The notes: a model not told the origin generated them from the sequence alone. DNA of 64,000 nt from Methanoregula sp. (GCF_049518935.1 NZ_JBEKRH010000008.1:271-64270), one strand, 5' to 3'; numbered from the stretch's first letter, positions 46,653 to 60,000 are shown. Made by a program: numbers and translations.

Positions 46653-48137
46653 TCAGTGCCTGAAGTACCGGACGCCCGTAAAAACCATTGCCAGTTGAAG
46701 GCGGTTGGCAGCGTCGATTACTTCCTTATCGCGTATGGATCCACCCGGCTGGACCAGAGCTGTTGCCCCGGCTTTTGCTGCTACTTCAAGTGTATCGGGG
46801 AACGGCAGGAATGCATCCGAGGCAACAGCTGAGCCTTTCAGCGAGGCACAGGCCTTTTCTATCGCTATCTTTGCGGAATCCACCCGGCTCATCTGGCCAG
46901 CGCCGATGCCCAGTGTATGCCGGGAATCTGCAAAGATGATTGTGTTGCTCTTTGTGTGCTTGCAGACTTTCCACGCAAGCTGGAGGGCTTTCATCTCATG
47001 TGCAGAAGGATCGCGATCTGTAATCACTTCCCAGTGTTCCTTGTAGGACGGAGTCCGTTGTACAAGAACACCTCCGTCAATAGTTCTGATTTCATCAGCT
47101 CTGCATTCCGGCGGGAGAATAAGCACTCTCATATTCTCTTTTGTTTTCATAATATCCAGTGCTTCTCGTGAGAAGCATGGTGCGACAATAACTTCCACAA
47201 ACGTTTTGCAGATTTCCTCTGCCAGTTTTTTTGTGACCTCCTTATTCACAGAAACAACAGACCCATATGCTGAAACGGGATCTACCTCTCGTGCAGTAAT
47301 ATATGCGTCAAAAAGATCATGGCCGATCGCTACCCCGCAGGGGTTGTTATGTTTGATGAATATCGCTGCAGGTTCTTCAAATTCCCGAAGGAGTGCGACT
47401 CCGGCATTGACATCTAGGTAGTTGTTGTAGGACATCTGTTTGCCCTGGATCGGTTCGGTGCCTGCTATCCCGTTCACACCGTAGACTGCTGCAATCTGGT
47501 GAGGGTTTTCCCCATACCTGAGTGCCCTGCCGTTGGTATACTGCATGGAAAGTGTTGTCGGGAACGGATTTGAGATGCTGTAGAGATAATTACTGATGGC
47601 TGCATCATAAGCAGCGGTGCGGGCAAATGCTTTCTTTGCCAGGTCGAAACGTTGTTCTGCTGAAATACCATCTTCCCGGATCATGTGAACGATCATCGGA
47701 TAATCAGTTGGATCGACTACAACTGCAACATCCTTGTAATTTTTTGCTGCTGCACGGATCATTGCAGGCCCGCCAATGTCAATAAATTCTATCAGTTTTT
47801 CAAGATCCATCTGTTTTTGCGACATTGCTTCGAACGGGTACAGGTTGACGACAAGCAGGTCGATCTGGTCTATCCCATGGCGGGCCATGACCGCATCATC
47901 AATATGGCGGCGACCGAGCAATCCCCCGTGTATCTTGGGGTGGAGGGTTTTCACGCGGCCATCCATCATCTCGGGAAATCCGGTGTAGGAGGAGACTTCC
48001 GTATATTTTATGCCTGCCTGTGCCAGAGCCTTGCCGGTTCCTCCGGAACTCATGAGATTATACTTTTTTTCAGCCAGAGCCTGTGCAAGCTCCACGATGC
48101 CCGTCTTGTCCCAGACCGAAAGCAATGCCCACTTCAT
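46653..48137 (-). CDS. purH: bifunctional AICAR formyltransferase / IMP cyclohydrolase
   Basis: MKWALLSVWDKTGIVELAQAL...SSGGTGKAL...GRVKTLHPKIHGGLLGRR..., ...VQPGGSIRDKEVIDAAN.... Confidence 0.96.
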   Translation of the reverse strand: MKWALLSVWDKTGIVELAQALAEKKYNLMSSGGTGKALAQAGIKYTEVSSYTGFPEMMDGRVKTLHPKIHGGLLGRRHIDDAVMARHGIDQIDLLVVNLYPFEAMSQKQMDLEKLIEFIDIGGPAMIRAAAKNYKDVAVVVDPTDYPMIVHMIREDGISAEQRFDLAKKAFARTAAYDAAISNYLYSISNPFPTTLSMQYTNGRALRYGENPHQIAAVYGVNGIAGTEPIQGKQMSYNNYLDVNAGVALLREFEEPAAIFIKHNNPCGVAIGHDLFDAYITAREVDPVSAYGSVVSVNKEVTKKLAEEICKTFVEVIVAPCFSREALDIMKTKENMRVLILPPECRADEIRTIDGGVLVQRTPSYKEHWEVITDRDPSAHEMKALQLAWKVCKHTKSNTIIFADSRHTLGIGAGQMSRVDSAKIAIEKACASLKGSAVASDAFLPFPDTLEVAAKAGATALVQPGGSIRDKEVIDAANRLQLAMVFTGVRYFRH

Positions 48138-48365
48138 GGTCTAGTGTATGAAGAATGTGGGTGAAAAATGTATGCAGATTTCTTAAATTATCCTTGAACG
48201 GGATCAGGTTTTTGTATGTATAACTTTTATCAAATAACCTGTGCCATTAAGGAAACGTAAATATCTGTTAATATTGCTTTTGAAACCCAATTCATGAGAC
48301 CGGGAGTCTATGATTTGGTAATTGGGGGAAATTCCAGAGGTTCTCTCCTGCGAACGAAGTAAATA

Positions 48366-48373
48366 TTTATATA
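48366..48373 (+). promoter_or_regulatory. TATA box of the grpE-dnaK-dnaJ operon
   Basis: TTTATATA within AAATATTTATATAG, about 35 nt upstream of ATG 48406. This argues against the TTG start at 48394. Confidence 0.5.
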
Positions 48374-48405
48374 GAACTACAATGCAATAGATATTGGAAC
48401 ATCGA

Positions 48406-48960
48406 ATGGGATGTACTATGGACGATGCAGAACGCGAAGCGGTTCAGGCCGGTACAAACGATTCCGGTACAATCGAAAAAACTTCCGGGGAATCAAAGCC
48501 CGGGAAGGCTGAATTGGATGAGCTGAAGAAAAACAATGCAGAGCTGAACGATCGGTTCCTCCGTCTTGCAGCGGATTTTGAAAATTTCAAAAAACGCACG
48601 GCACGCGAACGGGAAACGATTGTTGCTCTGGCAAATGAGCGGTTTGCAGTCGATATCCTTGAAGTCATGGACAACTTTGAACGTGCACTCAGGACAGATG
48701 ACGCTCATCTTCGTAAGGGTGTTGAACAAATTCACCAGCTGTTCACTGCACAGTTGCAGCGTTACGGTATCTATCCCATAGATTCGCTGAAAAAACAATT
48801 CAACCCGGCTGAACATGAAGCGATTGCCCATATTCCATCGGGTGAGGCTACCGGCACTATTGTCGATGTTGTCTCCCCAGGGTATCGCATGAATGACAAG
48901 GTAATCAGGTACGCAAAAGTAGCAGTTTCAAACGGAAACCAGCAAAATCAGGAGGCATAA
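48406..48960 (+). CDS. grpE: nucleotide exchange factor GrpE
   Basis: ...[23 protein letters not shown]..., ...[12 protein letters not shown]..., ...[16 protein letters not shown].... The alternative start is ATG 48418. Confidence 0.93.
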   Translation: MGCTMDDAEREAVQAGTNDSGTIEKTSGESKPGKAELDELKKNNAELNDRFLRLAADFENFKKRTARERETIVALANERFAVDILEVMDNFERALRTDDAHLRKGVEQIHQLFTAQLQRYGIYPIDSLKKQFNPAEHEAIAHIPSGEATGTIVDVVSPGYRMNDKVIRYAKVAVSNGNQQNQEA

Positions 48961-48964
48961 CATC

Positions 48965-50818
48965 ATGGCACATGAGAAAGTTCTGGGAATTGATCTGGGA
49001 ACAACCTTTTCCTGCATGTCAATTATGGAAGCGGGAAAACCGATCGTTATTCCTAATTCCGAAGGCGGACGAACAACCGCGTCAGTAGTTGCATTTACCA
49101 AAGAGGGAGAACGTCTTGTTGGCAGCCTTGCCAAGCGGCAGGCTGTGACCAATCCCCAGCGCACGATCCAGTCCATCAAACGGAAGATGGGGACCAGTGA
49201 GAAAATTGTCATCGACGGGAAAGGCTTTTCGCCCCAGGAAATTTCTGCTATGATCCTGCAGAAACTCAAGATGGATGCGGAAGCATACCTGGGCGAGAAG
49301 ATTACTAAGGCCGTAGTCACGGTTCCCGCCTACTTCAATGATGCCCAGCGACAGGCAACCAAGGATGCCGGACAGATCGCCGGTCTCGAAGTGATGCGTA
49401 TTATCAACGAACCCACGGCAAGTGCCCTTGCCTATGGCATTGACAAAGAGAACGATGCAACAGTACTTGTCTATGACCTTGGTGGTGGAACATTCGATGT
49501 ATCGATCCTGACGCTTGGCGATGGCGTGTTTGAGGTCAAATCCACGGCAGGAAACAACCATCTCGGCGGGGACGATTTCGACCAGAGAGTTACCGATTAT
49601 CTGGTCGAAGAGTTCAAAAAGAAGGAAGGAATCGACCTTAGGAATGATCCCTATGCAATGCAGCGCCTGCGGGATGCTTCGGAGAATGCGAAGATCGAGC
49701 TTTCCCAGCGCCAGACCACGAACCTCAACCTGCCCTACATCACTACAGATGCGAGTGGCCCGAAGTTCCTGAATATCGATCTCTCCCGTTCAAAGCTCGA
49801 GCAGTTGATTGGTGACCTCATCGAATCAACCGTAGGGCCCGTCAAACAGGCACTGAGCGATGCAAAGCTTGAACCCAAGGACATCGATCACGTCCTTCTG
49901 GTCGGCGGATCAACCCGTGTCCCGCTGGTTCAGGATACCGTGCGGAAACTTCTTGGCAAGGAACCGGACAAGGGACTCAACCCTGATGAATGCGTTGCAC
50001 TTGGCGCCGGAATCCAGGGAGCTGTTCTGACAGGCGAGACCAAGGATATTGTCCTGCTCGATGTCACACCACTCACGCTGGGTATAGAAACTCTTGGCGG
50101 TATCTCGACCAAGCTCATCGAACGCAACACCACCATCCCCACAAGAAAGAGCCAGATCTTCTCTACGGCGGCTGATGGTCAGACCAGTGTTGAGATCCAT
50201 GTGGTCCAGGGAGAACGGGCGCTCGCCAAAGATAACTTCACGCTCGGAAAATTTCAGCTGACCGGCATACCCCCGGCACCCCGTGGCATACCGCAGATAG
50301 AGGTAACCTTCGATATCGACTCCAACGGTATCATCCACGTTTCGGCCAAGGATCTTGGCACCGGCAACCAGCAGGCAATCTCCATCAAGGGCGACAAGAA
50401 GCTCTCTGAAGACGATATCAAAAAGATGATGAATGCAGCCAAGCAGTTCGAGGCTGACGATAAGAAGAAGCGCGAAGAGATCGAGCTGCGCAACCAGGCC
50501 GACACCGCAGTCTTCACTGCCGAGAAGATGCTCAAAGAAAGTGGCGACAAGCTCGAAGCCACTGACAAGACCAAGGTGGAAGAAGGCATCGCAGCGGTCA
50601 AGAGCACACTGCCCGGGGAGAATCTCGACGAGATCAGGAAAGCGATGGAATCTCTCACCGAAGCAGTCTATGCAGCAACTACAAAAATTTACCAGAAGAT
50701 ACAGGCGGAACAGGCATCCCAGCAGCAGCCATCCGGCAGTGCCGGGCCCTCAGCAGAACCGGATAATAAAGACGATGACAATGTAGTCAATGCTGATTAC
50801 AAGGTAAAAGAAGAGTGA
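48965..50818 (+). CDS. dnaK: chaperone DnaK (Hsp70)
   Basis: ...[13 protein letters not shown]..., ...[14 protein letters not shown]..., ...[14 protein letters not shown].... Confidence 0.99.
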   Translation: MAHEKVLGIDLGTTFSCMSIMEAGKPIVIPNSEGGRTTASVVAFTKEGERLVGSLAKRQAVTNPQRTIQSIKRKMGTSEKIVIDGKGFSPQEISAMILQKLKMDAEAYLGEKITKAVVTVPAYFNDAQRQATKDAGQIAGLEVMRIINEPTASALAYGIDKENDATVLVYDLGGGTFDVSILTLGDGVFEVKSTAGNNHLGGDDFDQRVTDYLVEEFKKKEGIDLRNDPYAMQRLRDASENAKIELSQRQTTNLNLPYITTDASGPKFLNIDLSRSKLEQLIGDLIESTVGPVKQALSDAKLEPKDIDHVLLVGGSTRVPLVQDTVRKLLGKEPDKGLNPDECVALGAGIQGAVLTGETKDIVLLDVTPLTLGIETLGGISTKLIERNTTIPTRKSQIFSTAADGQTSVEIHVVQGERALAKDNFTLGKFQLTGIPPAPRGIPQIEVTFDIDSNGIIHVSAKDLGTGNQQAISIKGDKKLSEDDIKKMMNAAKQFEADDKKKREEIELRNQADTAVFTAEKMLKESGDKLEATDKTKVEEGIAAVKSTLPGENLDEIRKAMESLTEAVYAATTKIYQKIQAEQASQQQPSGSAGPSAEPDNKDDDNVVNADYKVKEE

Positions 50819-50825
50819 GCCGGAA

Positions 50826-51956
50826 ATGAGTGCGGGAGATTATTACGATACCTTAGGTGTTCCCCGGAGTGCGGACGATAAGGAGATCAAAAAGGCTTAC
50901 CGGAATCTCGCACGGAAATATCACCCGGATGTCTGCAAAGATCCCGGTGCAGAGGAGAAGTTCAAGGAGATTAATGAGGCTTACAGTGTCCTCACTGATG
51001 ACCAGAAGAAGGCGCAGTATGACAACATGGGTCACGAGACCTTCACCAATGCATCGAAAGGCTCCTATTCCGGAGCGGGAGGACAGAGTAATGGCGATTT
51101 CCATACCGACTTCTCCGGCTTTGGCGACATCTTCGATTTCTTTGGCGGTGGAGGGCAGCGGCGAGCCGGTCCCCAGCCCGGTGCCGATCTGCTGATGCGT
51201 ATCCAGATCCGCCTCGAAGATGCAGTTGCTGGGATGGACCGGGAGATCGAGGTAATGCACTCTGAGCCCTGTGCAAGCTGCAGCGGTTCCGGCAGCGAGA
51301 CCAAGCGCATGAATGTCTGTCCCCGGTGCGGTGGCAGTGGCCAGATGCGGCAGGCTACCAACTCCCCCTTTGGGCAGTTTGTCCGGATGTCGACCTGTAC
51401 CCAGTGCGGCGGTAAAGGTAAAATCCCTGAAAAAACCTGTAAAGAGTGTCATGGTTCCGGTCACACACGGGTGAAACGAAAAGTCTCCGTCCATATCCCG
51501 GCAGGTATCGACAGCGGTATGCGCCTGCGTATGGAAGGATATGGCGAAGCCGGGGATTACGGGGCGGCCAACGGGAACCTGTTCCTTGAAGTGCATGTCC
51601 AGCCCCATAACCGGTTTGTCCGGTCCGGTGACAATCTTGAGACTTTTATCGAGATCAGCCCTGCCCAGGCTATCCTTGGAACGACCACGGAAATTGAGAC
51701 GATCGATAAACGCCACATCGATCTCAAGATCCCTGCAGGAATCCAGTTTGGCACGGCGCTCAAGCTGGGCGGCGAAGGAGTGAAGCGTCGGGGCAAACAT
51801 GGCGATCTTCTCGTACGCGTAAAGATCGTGACCCCCAAATCCCTCAGCGGGGAACAGAAAGAACTGTACCAGAAGATTGCCGAACTCGAGGGATCGCCAA
51901 GTGGCGGATCCGGTTTCTTCTCCGGTATTATGGGAAAGAAGAAGCCAAAAAAATAA
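50826..51956 (+). CDS. dnaJ: co-chaperone DnaJ (type I, with Zn-finger CxxCxGxG repeats)
   Basis: J-domain ...[31 protein letters not shown]..., a G/F region, and [32 protein letters not shown]. Confidence 0.97.
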   Translation: MSAGDYYDTLGVPRSADDKEIKKAYRNLARKYHPDVCKDPGAEEKFKEINEAYSVLTDDQKKAQYDNMGHETFTNASKGSYSGAGGQSNGDFHTDFSGFGDIFDFFGGGGQRRAGPQPGADLLMRIQIRLEDAVAGMDREIEVMHSEPCASCSGSGSETKRMNVCPRCGGSGQMRQATNSPFGQFVRMSTCTQCGGKGKIPEKTCKECHGSGHTRVKRKVSVHIPAGIDSGMRLRMEGYGEAGDYGAANGNLFLEVHVQPHNRFVRSGDNLETFIEISPAQAILGTTTEIETIDKRHIDLKIPAGIQFGTALKLGGEGVKRRGKHGDLLVRVKIVTPKSLSGEQKELYQKIAELEGSPSGGSGFFSGIMGKKKPKK

Positions 51957-52017
51957 ATCTTTTTCTTTCCTGTTTTCCCACACGTATTTTTGAGTCTTCA
52001 GGTACCATCTATTCTGG

Positions 52018-52986
52018 ATGAAACTGATCTTCGAGCTCTCCGGTGAAAATCCCACTCTCCCGTTTGCTGAGCTGGAATGCATCGGTTCCGTCCTGGATCA
52101 GCGTCTCCAGGTAGCAGTTGCCGAATGTCCGGATCCGGCAGAAGCGCACCGTCTTGCCATGACACAGGGTGTTCTTGAATATCTGGGAGAATGTGAGCCT
52201 GCGCTTCCGGCGTTTCGGGATCTGCTCAAAGATCTCAGCCTTGAAACAACCCGGCCGTTTGCCGGCAGGACAAAGAAAGTTCATGGCGGCTGTCATGAAC
52301 GGAATCCCCAGTCCCAAAGGGAATTCGAGAACCTGATCGGTACGATGATCAATGGTCCGGTCTCACTAAAGCAGCCTGAAGTGGAGTACCGCGCGATCCT
52401 CTCCGAAGATAAATGTTATTTTGGACGGGTATTGTTTACGATAGATCGCTCTGCCTATGATATCCGCAATCCCGGGAAACGGGATTTCTTCCATCCCGGT
52501 GTGATGATGCCACGGATGGCGCGGACTCTGGTCAATCTTGCCTGTGCCCGTAAGGGGGACATTCTCCTTGACCCGTTCTGCGGCACCGGTGGCATTCTTA
52601 TCGAGGCTGAGTTGCTTGACCTGTACGCGGTGGGCAGTGATTTCGATCCGTTCATGATCAAGGGAAGCATAAAAAATTCAAGGGAATCCGCGTTCCTGCA
52701 GGCTGATGCCACCTCACTGCCATTCCGTGACAGATCGATCGATACTATTGTCACGGATTTTCCCTATGGGCAGTCGGTCTGCATAAGGAAAACTGATACC
52801 ATGGATCAGTTATACGCTGACGCGCTGGAGGAGATCCGAAGACTTATCAAACCCGGTCGTCGTGCAGTTATTGTTACGCACCGGGATATCGCAGATATTG
52901 CCTCTCAACACATGACAATTCTTCAGCACCATGATCAGCGCGTTCATAAAAGTCTCACCCGGCGTGTGCTGGTGCTGGGATTATAG
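52018..52986 (+). CDS. THUMP-domain SAM-dependent methyltransferase, archaeal tRNA m2G10/m22G10 (Trm-G10/Trm11) type
   Basis: N-terminal MKLIFELSGENPTLPFAELE... (Trm-G10-like), motif I LLDPFCGTGGILIEA, and motif IV IVTDFPYG. Confidence 0.8.
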   Translation: MKLIFELSGENPTLPFAELECIGSVLDQRLQVAVAECPDPAEAHRLAMTQGVLEYLGECEPALPAFRDLLKDLSLETTRPFAGRTKKVHGGCHERNPQSQREFENLIGTMINGPVSLKQPEVEYRAILSEDKCYFGRVLFTIDRSAYDIRNPGKRDFFHPGVMMPRMARTLVNLACARKGDILLDPFCGTGGILIEAELLDLYAVGSDFDPFMIKGSIKNSRESAFLQADATSLPFRDRSIDTIVTDFPYGQSVCIRKTDTMDQLYADALEEIRRLIKPGRRAVIVTHRDIADIASQHMTILQHHDQRVHKSLTRRVLVLGL

Positions 52987-53045
52987 TAAGGACGAACTCA
53001 TGAAAATGAATTCTTTTATGGTGCATTCGCGCCAGATATAATCCG

Positions 53046-53747
53046 GTGAATATGATGACAAACAATGGTATTGCAGTTTCTGTAGTATTTTTTTTAGTTC
53101 TTCTCGCATTTGTCATTCCAGTATCCGCATATTCTGATGAAGCTGTTGCCTGGTATTCCCAGGGAAATGCGTTCCTGCAATCACAAAATTACACTCAGGC
53201 TGTTTCAGCATACGATCACGCTGTTGCACTTGAACCCCAGTACTTTGAGGCCATGAATGCAAAGGCTGATGCACTCAATCGTGACGGAAAGTTTGTTGAC
53301 GCTCTGTCCGCTTCAGAACAGTCTCTTTCAGTCAACCCGGATTATGTCACCGGCTGGATTAACCGGGGACAGATCCTCTATAATATCGGGTACGAGTACG
53401 AAGATCAGGTCCACAATATGACCGAGGCTGACGAATATTATACCTACCAGTTGCAGGCCTTTGACAAAGCAATTGAACTCGATCCCACTAATGCCGAAGC
53501 ATGGTTCAACAAGGCCTATGCCCTTGCCGGGATGAAGCGGTATGACGAAGCGATCGACGATTTTGATAAGGTCAGGGCACTCAATCCAAATTACCCGAAT
53601 CTTGCAAAAAACCGTGAGATCGCCGTCCAGTTGCGGGATGCATCCACTCCCGTTTATGTGAAATATGCCGGGATCATTATTGGCGGTATTATCCTATGTG
53701 CAGGTGTTGCACTCTGGTTTTTCTTCCTTCGGGAAAAGACGGAATGA
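53046..53747 (+). CDS. small TPR protein anchored by N- and C-terminal TM segments
   Basis: N-terminal GIAVSVVFFLVLLAFVIPVSAYS, then TPR units (...AWYSQGNAFLQSQNYTQAVSAYDHAVALEPQYFEA...), and C-terminal YAGIIIGGIILCAGVALWFFFL. Confidence 0.8.
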   Translation: MNMMTNNGIAVSVVFFLVLLAFVIPVSAYSDEAVAWYSQGNAFLQSQNYTQAVSAYDHAVALEPQYFEAMNAKADALNRDGKFVDALSASEQSLSVNPDYVTGWINRGQILYNIGYEYEDQVHNMTEADEYYTYQLQAFDKAIELDPTNAEAWFNKAYALAGMKRYDEAIDDFDKVRALNPNYPNLAKNREIAVQLRDASTPVYVKYAGIIIGGIILCAGVALWFFFLREKTE

Positions 53748-54081
53748 TTACCCAATTTTTAAAATAACGATTAAACAGCTCTGTATAAAACCTGACAGCA
53801 TTCATTATTTTCGTAAACTCCGATCAGGAACAATCGAACAATGGCGGAAAACTGCCCTTACCCGCGGCAAGAGGGGTTCGGGAAGATGCCGAACGCTTCT
53901 TCGCTGTGTCACCGTAGCGAGATGGAGGAGTGAAGTGTCGAAGAATCCATCGGTTTTTTCTCCAGCCAGCGTTTCACTTAAGGAACAACAGGCTCCCATA
54001 AGGGTGTCATTTTGGTTTTTCGAAAATTTTTTTAGAGCCGGTAAAAAACTAAACAAAATAAATTAATTAAAAAAATTATAT

Positions 54082-57000
54082 TTACTTCCCCTTTTCGTAA
54101 CAGATCTTTGCTTCCTCATGTTTGCCGATCTTGTCGAGGATATCACCGATATCATTCCAGATCTCCTTGCGACCCGGTTCGGTCTCCAGGGCGCGTTTGA
54201 ATGATGTCAGCGCATCCTGGTACATTCCCATCTCCTGCAGTGCCCGTCCCTTGTGGATCCAGGCATCGACAAATTCCGGCTGGATTGTGATCATCGCATT
54301 GAAGGCCTCAACTGCTTCCTCATTGCGACCAAGGGCGATGAGTGCACTGCCCTTGGTAAAATAGGCGATAGAGAATGTGGGATCGATCTGCAGGGCCCTG
54401 TCATAAGATTCGAGAGCGGCATCGTATTTTTGCTCCGATGAGAGGACCATACCATAGCGGGTCCATGCTATCGCATTTTCCGGGTCCAGGGTAAGACCCC
54501 GGTCATAGGCAGTTTCCGCTTCGGAATATTTACCGAGATCGTAGAACGCGTTTCCTTTCCCCATCCAGGCTTCTGCCAGATCCTGATCCTGGTCAATTGC
54601 CTTGTCAAAGGCTTCGACAGCATCCCGTATCATTCCGAGTTCCGTAAGGGCAACGCCTTTATGTGCGAACACTTCCGGACGGTGATCGATCTCCAGTGCA
54701 CGGTCATAGGACTGAATTGCTTCGCGGTATTGTTCCAGGGAAGCATATGCAAGTCCTTTCAGGTCATATAGTACCGACATGCGGGGCATGATCTCTATTG
54801 CCCGGTCAAATACGGTAATGGCAGCATCGAAACTTCCCTGTTCCGAGAGTGCCTGTCCTTTCCAGAAAAATGCCTGCCAGCAGGAGGGGTTGATATCGAT
54901 TGCGCGATCCAACGCCGTTGTTGCGGCCGTGATATTACCGAGGGCGAGGAGGGCCCTTCCTTTCTCGTAAATAGCGTTCGCGGATCCGGGGTTCAGGTTA
55001 AGGACCTGATCAAAGGAAGTGATGGCATCCTTTTGTTTTCCGGTTTTCATGAGTGCACGTCCCCGCTCATAGATCGCGTCCGCATATTCCGGTTGGATTC
55101 CGAGCGCCATATTGAATGCGACGATCGCTTCATCGGACCGGTCTTTGCGTGCAAGAGCTACACCCTTGTTGTAATAGGCATCGGCATATCGTGTGTTGTT
55201 TTCTATGGCATTATCGAATGCGTTGATGGCCTCATCGTAGAGTGATTGCTGGAGAAGGGCGAGTCCCTTGTAATAATATGCCTCGGCATAATCGGGCTGA
55301 AGAGAGATCGCGTCGTCAAATGCCGTAATTGCTTCTTCGTACCGGTCCAGGTGGATCATGGCCACTCCCCGGAAGACATGGGGTGCGGCATAGGCTGCAT
55401 GGAAAGCCAGCGCATGGTCGTAATCCCCGAGTGCCTGGTCATACTGACCGAGGCTGGCACGGGAGATACCCCGGTAGAGCCACGCTTCCGTAAAGTTCTC
55501 TTTCAGCGAGATTGCCTTGTCATAAACCACGATTGCCTCATGGTTCATGGAGAGCATGGCAAGAGCCCGGCCCTTCTGGTAGAATGCTTCCGCACAGTCG
55601 GACCGCTGTGCAAGGGCAGCTTCGAAGTTCTTTATGGCCTCATGGTATTTCCCGAGACGCAGCAGAGAGATGCCGATATGATAGTTTGCCAGGACATCTT
55701 TTGGATCGATGCCAAGGGCCTTGTGGAAGAAGCTGATGGCGTCCTGATCTCTTCCAAGATAGGAAAGGGCGATCCCTTTCCCCGTCCAGATATAACCGAA
55801 ATTGGGGCGAATTTTCAGGGCCTGTTCAAACGAGACAATTGCTGCTTCGTATGAGGAGAGCTTTATCTGGGCATTTCCTTTGTGATACAGAGCCTCAACA
55901 AATTTTGGCTGGATGGAGAGGGCATTGTCATATGCCAGAACCGCCTCTTTGAACATTTTCATCCGGTAGAGTGCCCGGCCCTTGTCGTAGTACGCTGAGA
56001 CATAGTCGGGTTTGATCTCCAGGGCTTTGTTGAACGCTTCGATCGCGTCGTCAAATCCCTCTATTGCAAAAATTGCACTGCCTTTGAGATACCAGGCATC
56101 GGCGTTGGTAGGATCAATTTCCAGCGTCCTGACATATGCCTCGACGGCATCATTGTATTTTCCTGTTGCAGCAAGTACCATGCCCTTATGGAGCCATGCA
56201 TCAATCGATTTCGGATACAGCGTTATTACCTGATCGAAAGCTTGGATCGCATCCTTCTGGCGTCCCACTTCTGCAAGTGAGATTCCTTTATAGTACCATG
56301 CCTGCCAGTTACCGGCATCCAGATCCAGCGTCTTGTTAAGAGCGATGACAGCCTCGTCATGACGGCCCAGGTTCGCGAGGGCAAGGCCTTTATCGAAATA
56401 GACATCCGCATAATTTTTCTCGAGGCTGAGCACTTTGTCGAATGTTTTTACTGCTTCGCGGTACATGCCAAGAGAGGCAAGTGCCCGGCCCTTGTCATAT
56501 ATCGCTTCAATGTATGAAGGATCGATCTCAAGGGCCCGGTCGATGACTTTTACCGCATCCTCGAATTTTCCGGTCTTCATCAGTGCAGCACCCTTGAGAT
56601 GAAGGGACGGGACATGCAGCGGCTGGATGGCGAGCGCCTGGTTATAGGCATCAATGGCATCTGCCGGCCGATCCAGTCTGTCAAGGGAGTGTGCACGGGC
56701 AAACAGGGCATCGAAATAATCGGATCTGATCTGGATTGCCTGGTTAAACGCAGAGACTGCGTCTGCATGGCGGTTGATAGAAGCAAGGGCGGTTCCCTGC
56801 TCGTACCAGGCTATGGCATTTTCCGGTGTCAGGGAGAGAAGGTGCTGGTAGGATTCAACTGCGTTTTCATACTTTTCGAGTGCCAGGTAAGATGCAGCTT
56901 CAAAATACATAGCCTCGTGATTTCCGGGATCGGATGCCAGTGCCTGTTCAAACGCGTCAATCGCCTTTTCATACTGTTTCAGCAGGAACAGCGCCAGCCC

Positions 57001-60000
57001 TTTCTCGTGCCATGCGGCAGCATGTCCGGAGGACCGCCCGATTACCTCGTCAAATGACCGGACTGCTTCACTGAACTTCCCCAGCGCATAGAGTGCACGT
57101 CCTTTGCCGAGATAGGCTTCCAGTTCGTCCGGGTGCTCGTTCAGCACCATGTCAAAGGCAGATATGGCCTGATCATATCGCTCCAGATGCGACAAGGCCA
57201 TTCCTTTCTGGGACCAGATATCCGGGTTATCCGGTGTGAGGGCAAGGGCAGTATCAAATGCCGTAGCTGCCTCTTCGTACCGCTGCAGTTCCATCAATGA
57301 GAGGCCACGCAGGACAAAGGGCTCAGGCTGTTTTATCAGGTGTTCTCCTGCATCGCCAAGAATTGTTTCCGCTTCAGCATGGCGTCCCAGCCGGGCAAGG
57401 GCCATTCCCTTGTCCAGCAGTATCTCGCCATAGCCGGGTTCGATGCCGAGAGCAATATCGAACACCCGTATCGCGTCTTCCAGCCGGCCCAGCCTGGACA
57501 GGACTTTTCCTTCAGAGTAAATAATCCCGATATTACCCGGGTCCAGGTGCCGGGCCTTCTCGTACGCCTCAAACGCTTCCTCATCATTACCGACACGTTC
57601 TGATGCTGCGGCGCGGTGATGCCAGGCATCAGGATAATCCGGGACCCGGGAGATGAGTTCATCAAATGCCAGAATCGCCTCTTCAAATCGTTCCAGTTGT
57701 TCAAGGGCAATACCCTTATTGAAGCAGCCGTCAGCAAATCCGGGATCTAGTGCCAGGGCACGGGAAAACGCGGCAAGGGCATTTTCATGCTTCCCGAGCG
57801 CGGCATAGGCAAGGCCCTGGGCGTAATGGCAATCCCGTTTCTGATCATCGACATCCAGGGCACGGGTGAACTCAGCTATCGCCCCGGTATAATCAGCACG
57901 ATCCGAAAGGACCAGCCCTTTCTCAAAGAGCGCATCATAAGAATGCGGGTTGATCCGGATAGCCTGGTCCAATGAAGCAATTGCCTCCTCCGGATTGCCA
58001 AGATGAACATAAGAAATTCCCTGAAGGTACCAGGCATCAAAAACCGAGGCATCCAGATCAAGAGCGGAGCCAAATGCCGAAGCTGCATCCTCAAACCGCT
58101 TGAGGTTAAAGAGGGCAAGTCCTTTATGATATAATGCCGGGATGTCAGATGGGCTGATTGAAAGTGCCATCTCAAAGGACGAGAGTGCATCTTTATACTG
58201 CCGGAGGCGTTCCAGGGCGAGACCCTTATCGTACAGGGCATTAATGAAATGTGGGTCGATTGCCGTTGCGCTTTCAAAGGATGCAATAGCATCCCGGTCA
58301 CGGCCAAGACGTGCGAGGACAACCCCGCGGTCGTACCAGGCATTGGTATACTTCCGGTTGATCGCAATTGCGCGATCATACGAGGCAACCGCGTCTTCAT
58401 CACGCCCTTCTTCCATGAGGGCAATGGCCCGATCATACCAGCCATTTGCTGCCTGGGGTTTCAGTTCGAGTGCCTGCGTCAGAGTATCCACTGCGGCTCC
58501 GAACTGTCCAAGCGAGAGAAGGGCGCTTCCCTTCTTGAGCCATGCCCCGGCACAGTCTCCATCGGTCAAAAGGACCTGATCAAAACAGGGGACTGCGTCA
58601 GCGTACCGTGAGAGATCGATGAGGGATTTTCCTTTCCGGTACCAGGCAATGCTGTTGTCTGGCGCAAGGGCAATGGCACGATCGAATGCCTCGAGGGATT
58701 CCCCGAACCTGCCTAATTCGTAGAGTGCACTTCCTTTCAGGATCCATACATCAGCCGAATTATTTTCAAGAAGGAGTGATGCATCCAGTGCCAGAAGTGC
58801 ATCCTCAAACCGGAAGAGTCGGGAAAGTGATCTGCCTTTCTGGTACAGCACATTTGCATTGTCAGGAGTCAGTTCCAGCATCTTGTCAAAGGCTCTCAGC
58901 GCATTTTCATATTTCCCAAGTCCTGCATAACAAAGACCCGTCTCGTATACCGCGTCAAGGATCGAATTATCATGCGTAAGTGCCTGCTTGTAGGACCGGA
59001 TCGCGTTTTCGTATTTTCCCAGGGCCTGGAGAGCAAGACCTTTATGGTAATGGGCTAGGGCATGATCGGGAACCGATTCAAGCACGTATTCAAAGGACTT
59101 TATCCCGCCGGCATAATCTTCAAGTCTCAGCTGGGCACAACCACGGTAATAAGCCGCATCATACCAGGTTGAATCTATGTCCAGTGCTGTATTATATGAC
59201 TTGATTGCTTCCACGTCGTTTCCAAGTGCTGACAGGGCCTGTGCCCTGCTGAAGGAAGCCTGTGCGGATCCCGGGTTGAGGGACAGCGTCCTGTCAAATG
59301 CTTCGATTGCCCCGGTAAAGTTTTTCAGGTTCAGCAATGTCTGGCCCTTATCCAGCCATGCTGATGCATCTTCCGGTGAGAGGGAAAGGGTGTTGTTGAA
59401 TGCATCAAGCGCATCTTCAAAACGGCCGAGATGCATGAGGGATTTTCCCCGGGAATAATGCAGCTCGCGGCTTCCCGGCCCCATAGTGAGTGCCTGGTCA
59501 AATGCAGCAACCGCCTCATCAGGCTGGTTCAGGATGGCAAGCGCCAGTCCCTTCCGGCATGCGGCTCCTTGAAGATCGGGTTTCAGTTCCAGGCTGCGAT
59601 CAAAAGTATGGACGGCCTCTTCATAACGTTCGAGAGCACTCAGTTCACGGGCCTTATTGTACCAGGCAGCCGGGCATACCTCATCAAGAGTTACTGCCTG
59701 GTCAAATGCAGCAAGCGCATCCTTATGGAGCCCCATCCGGGAAAGTCCCACTCCTTTGTAATACCAGGCAGGGGCATTCTTCTGATCAAGGCTGATCAGT
59801 TTCTCAAGACTGGCAATGGCATCTTCCCACCGGCCGATCCTGATATATGCTTTTCCCCGGAAGAAGAGGGCACGGGGAGTGTGGGTTTTACGCTTGAGGG
59901 CCTTGCCAAACGCTTCAATTGCTTCTTTGTATCTCGTCAGGCGATAAAGGGAGTACCCCTTGCAGGTGAGAAGCTCGACATTGGCTGTATCCGATTCAAT

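Noticed and set aside
48300-48345. GGAAATTCCAGAGGTTCTC upstream of grpE resembles a GAA/TTC heat-shock-element-like inverted repeat.
   Set aside because: It is a single short occurrence, found after the fact. I know of no established archaeal regulator with this operator, and the sequence alone cannot support it.
53748-54081. Hairpin GTTCGG-GAAGATG-CCGAAC and T-runs in the spacer between the two TPR genes, as a possible small RNA.
   Set aside because: This is the convergent terminator region. No conserved ncRNA motif (C/D box, tRNA-like) was recognised.
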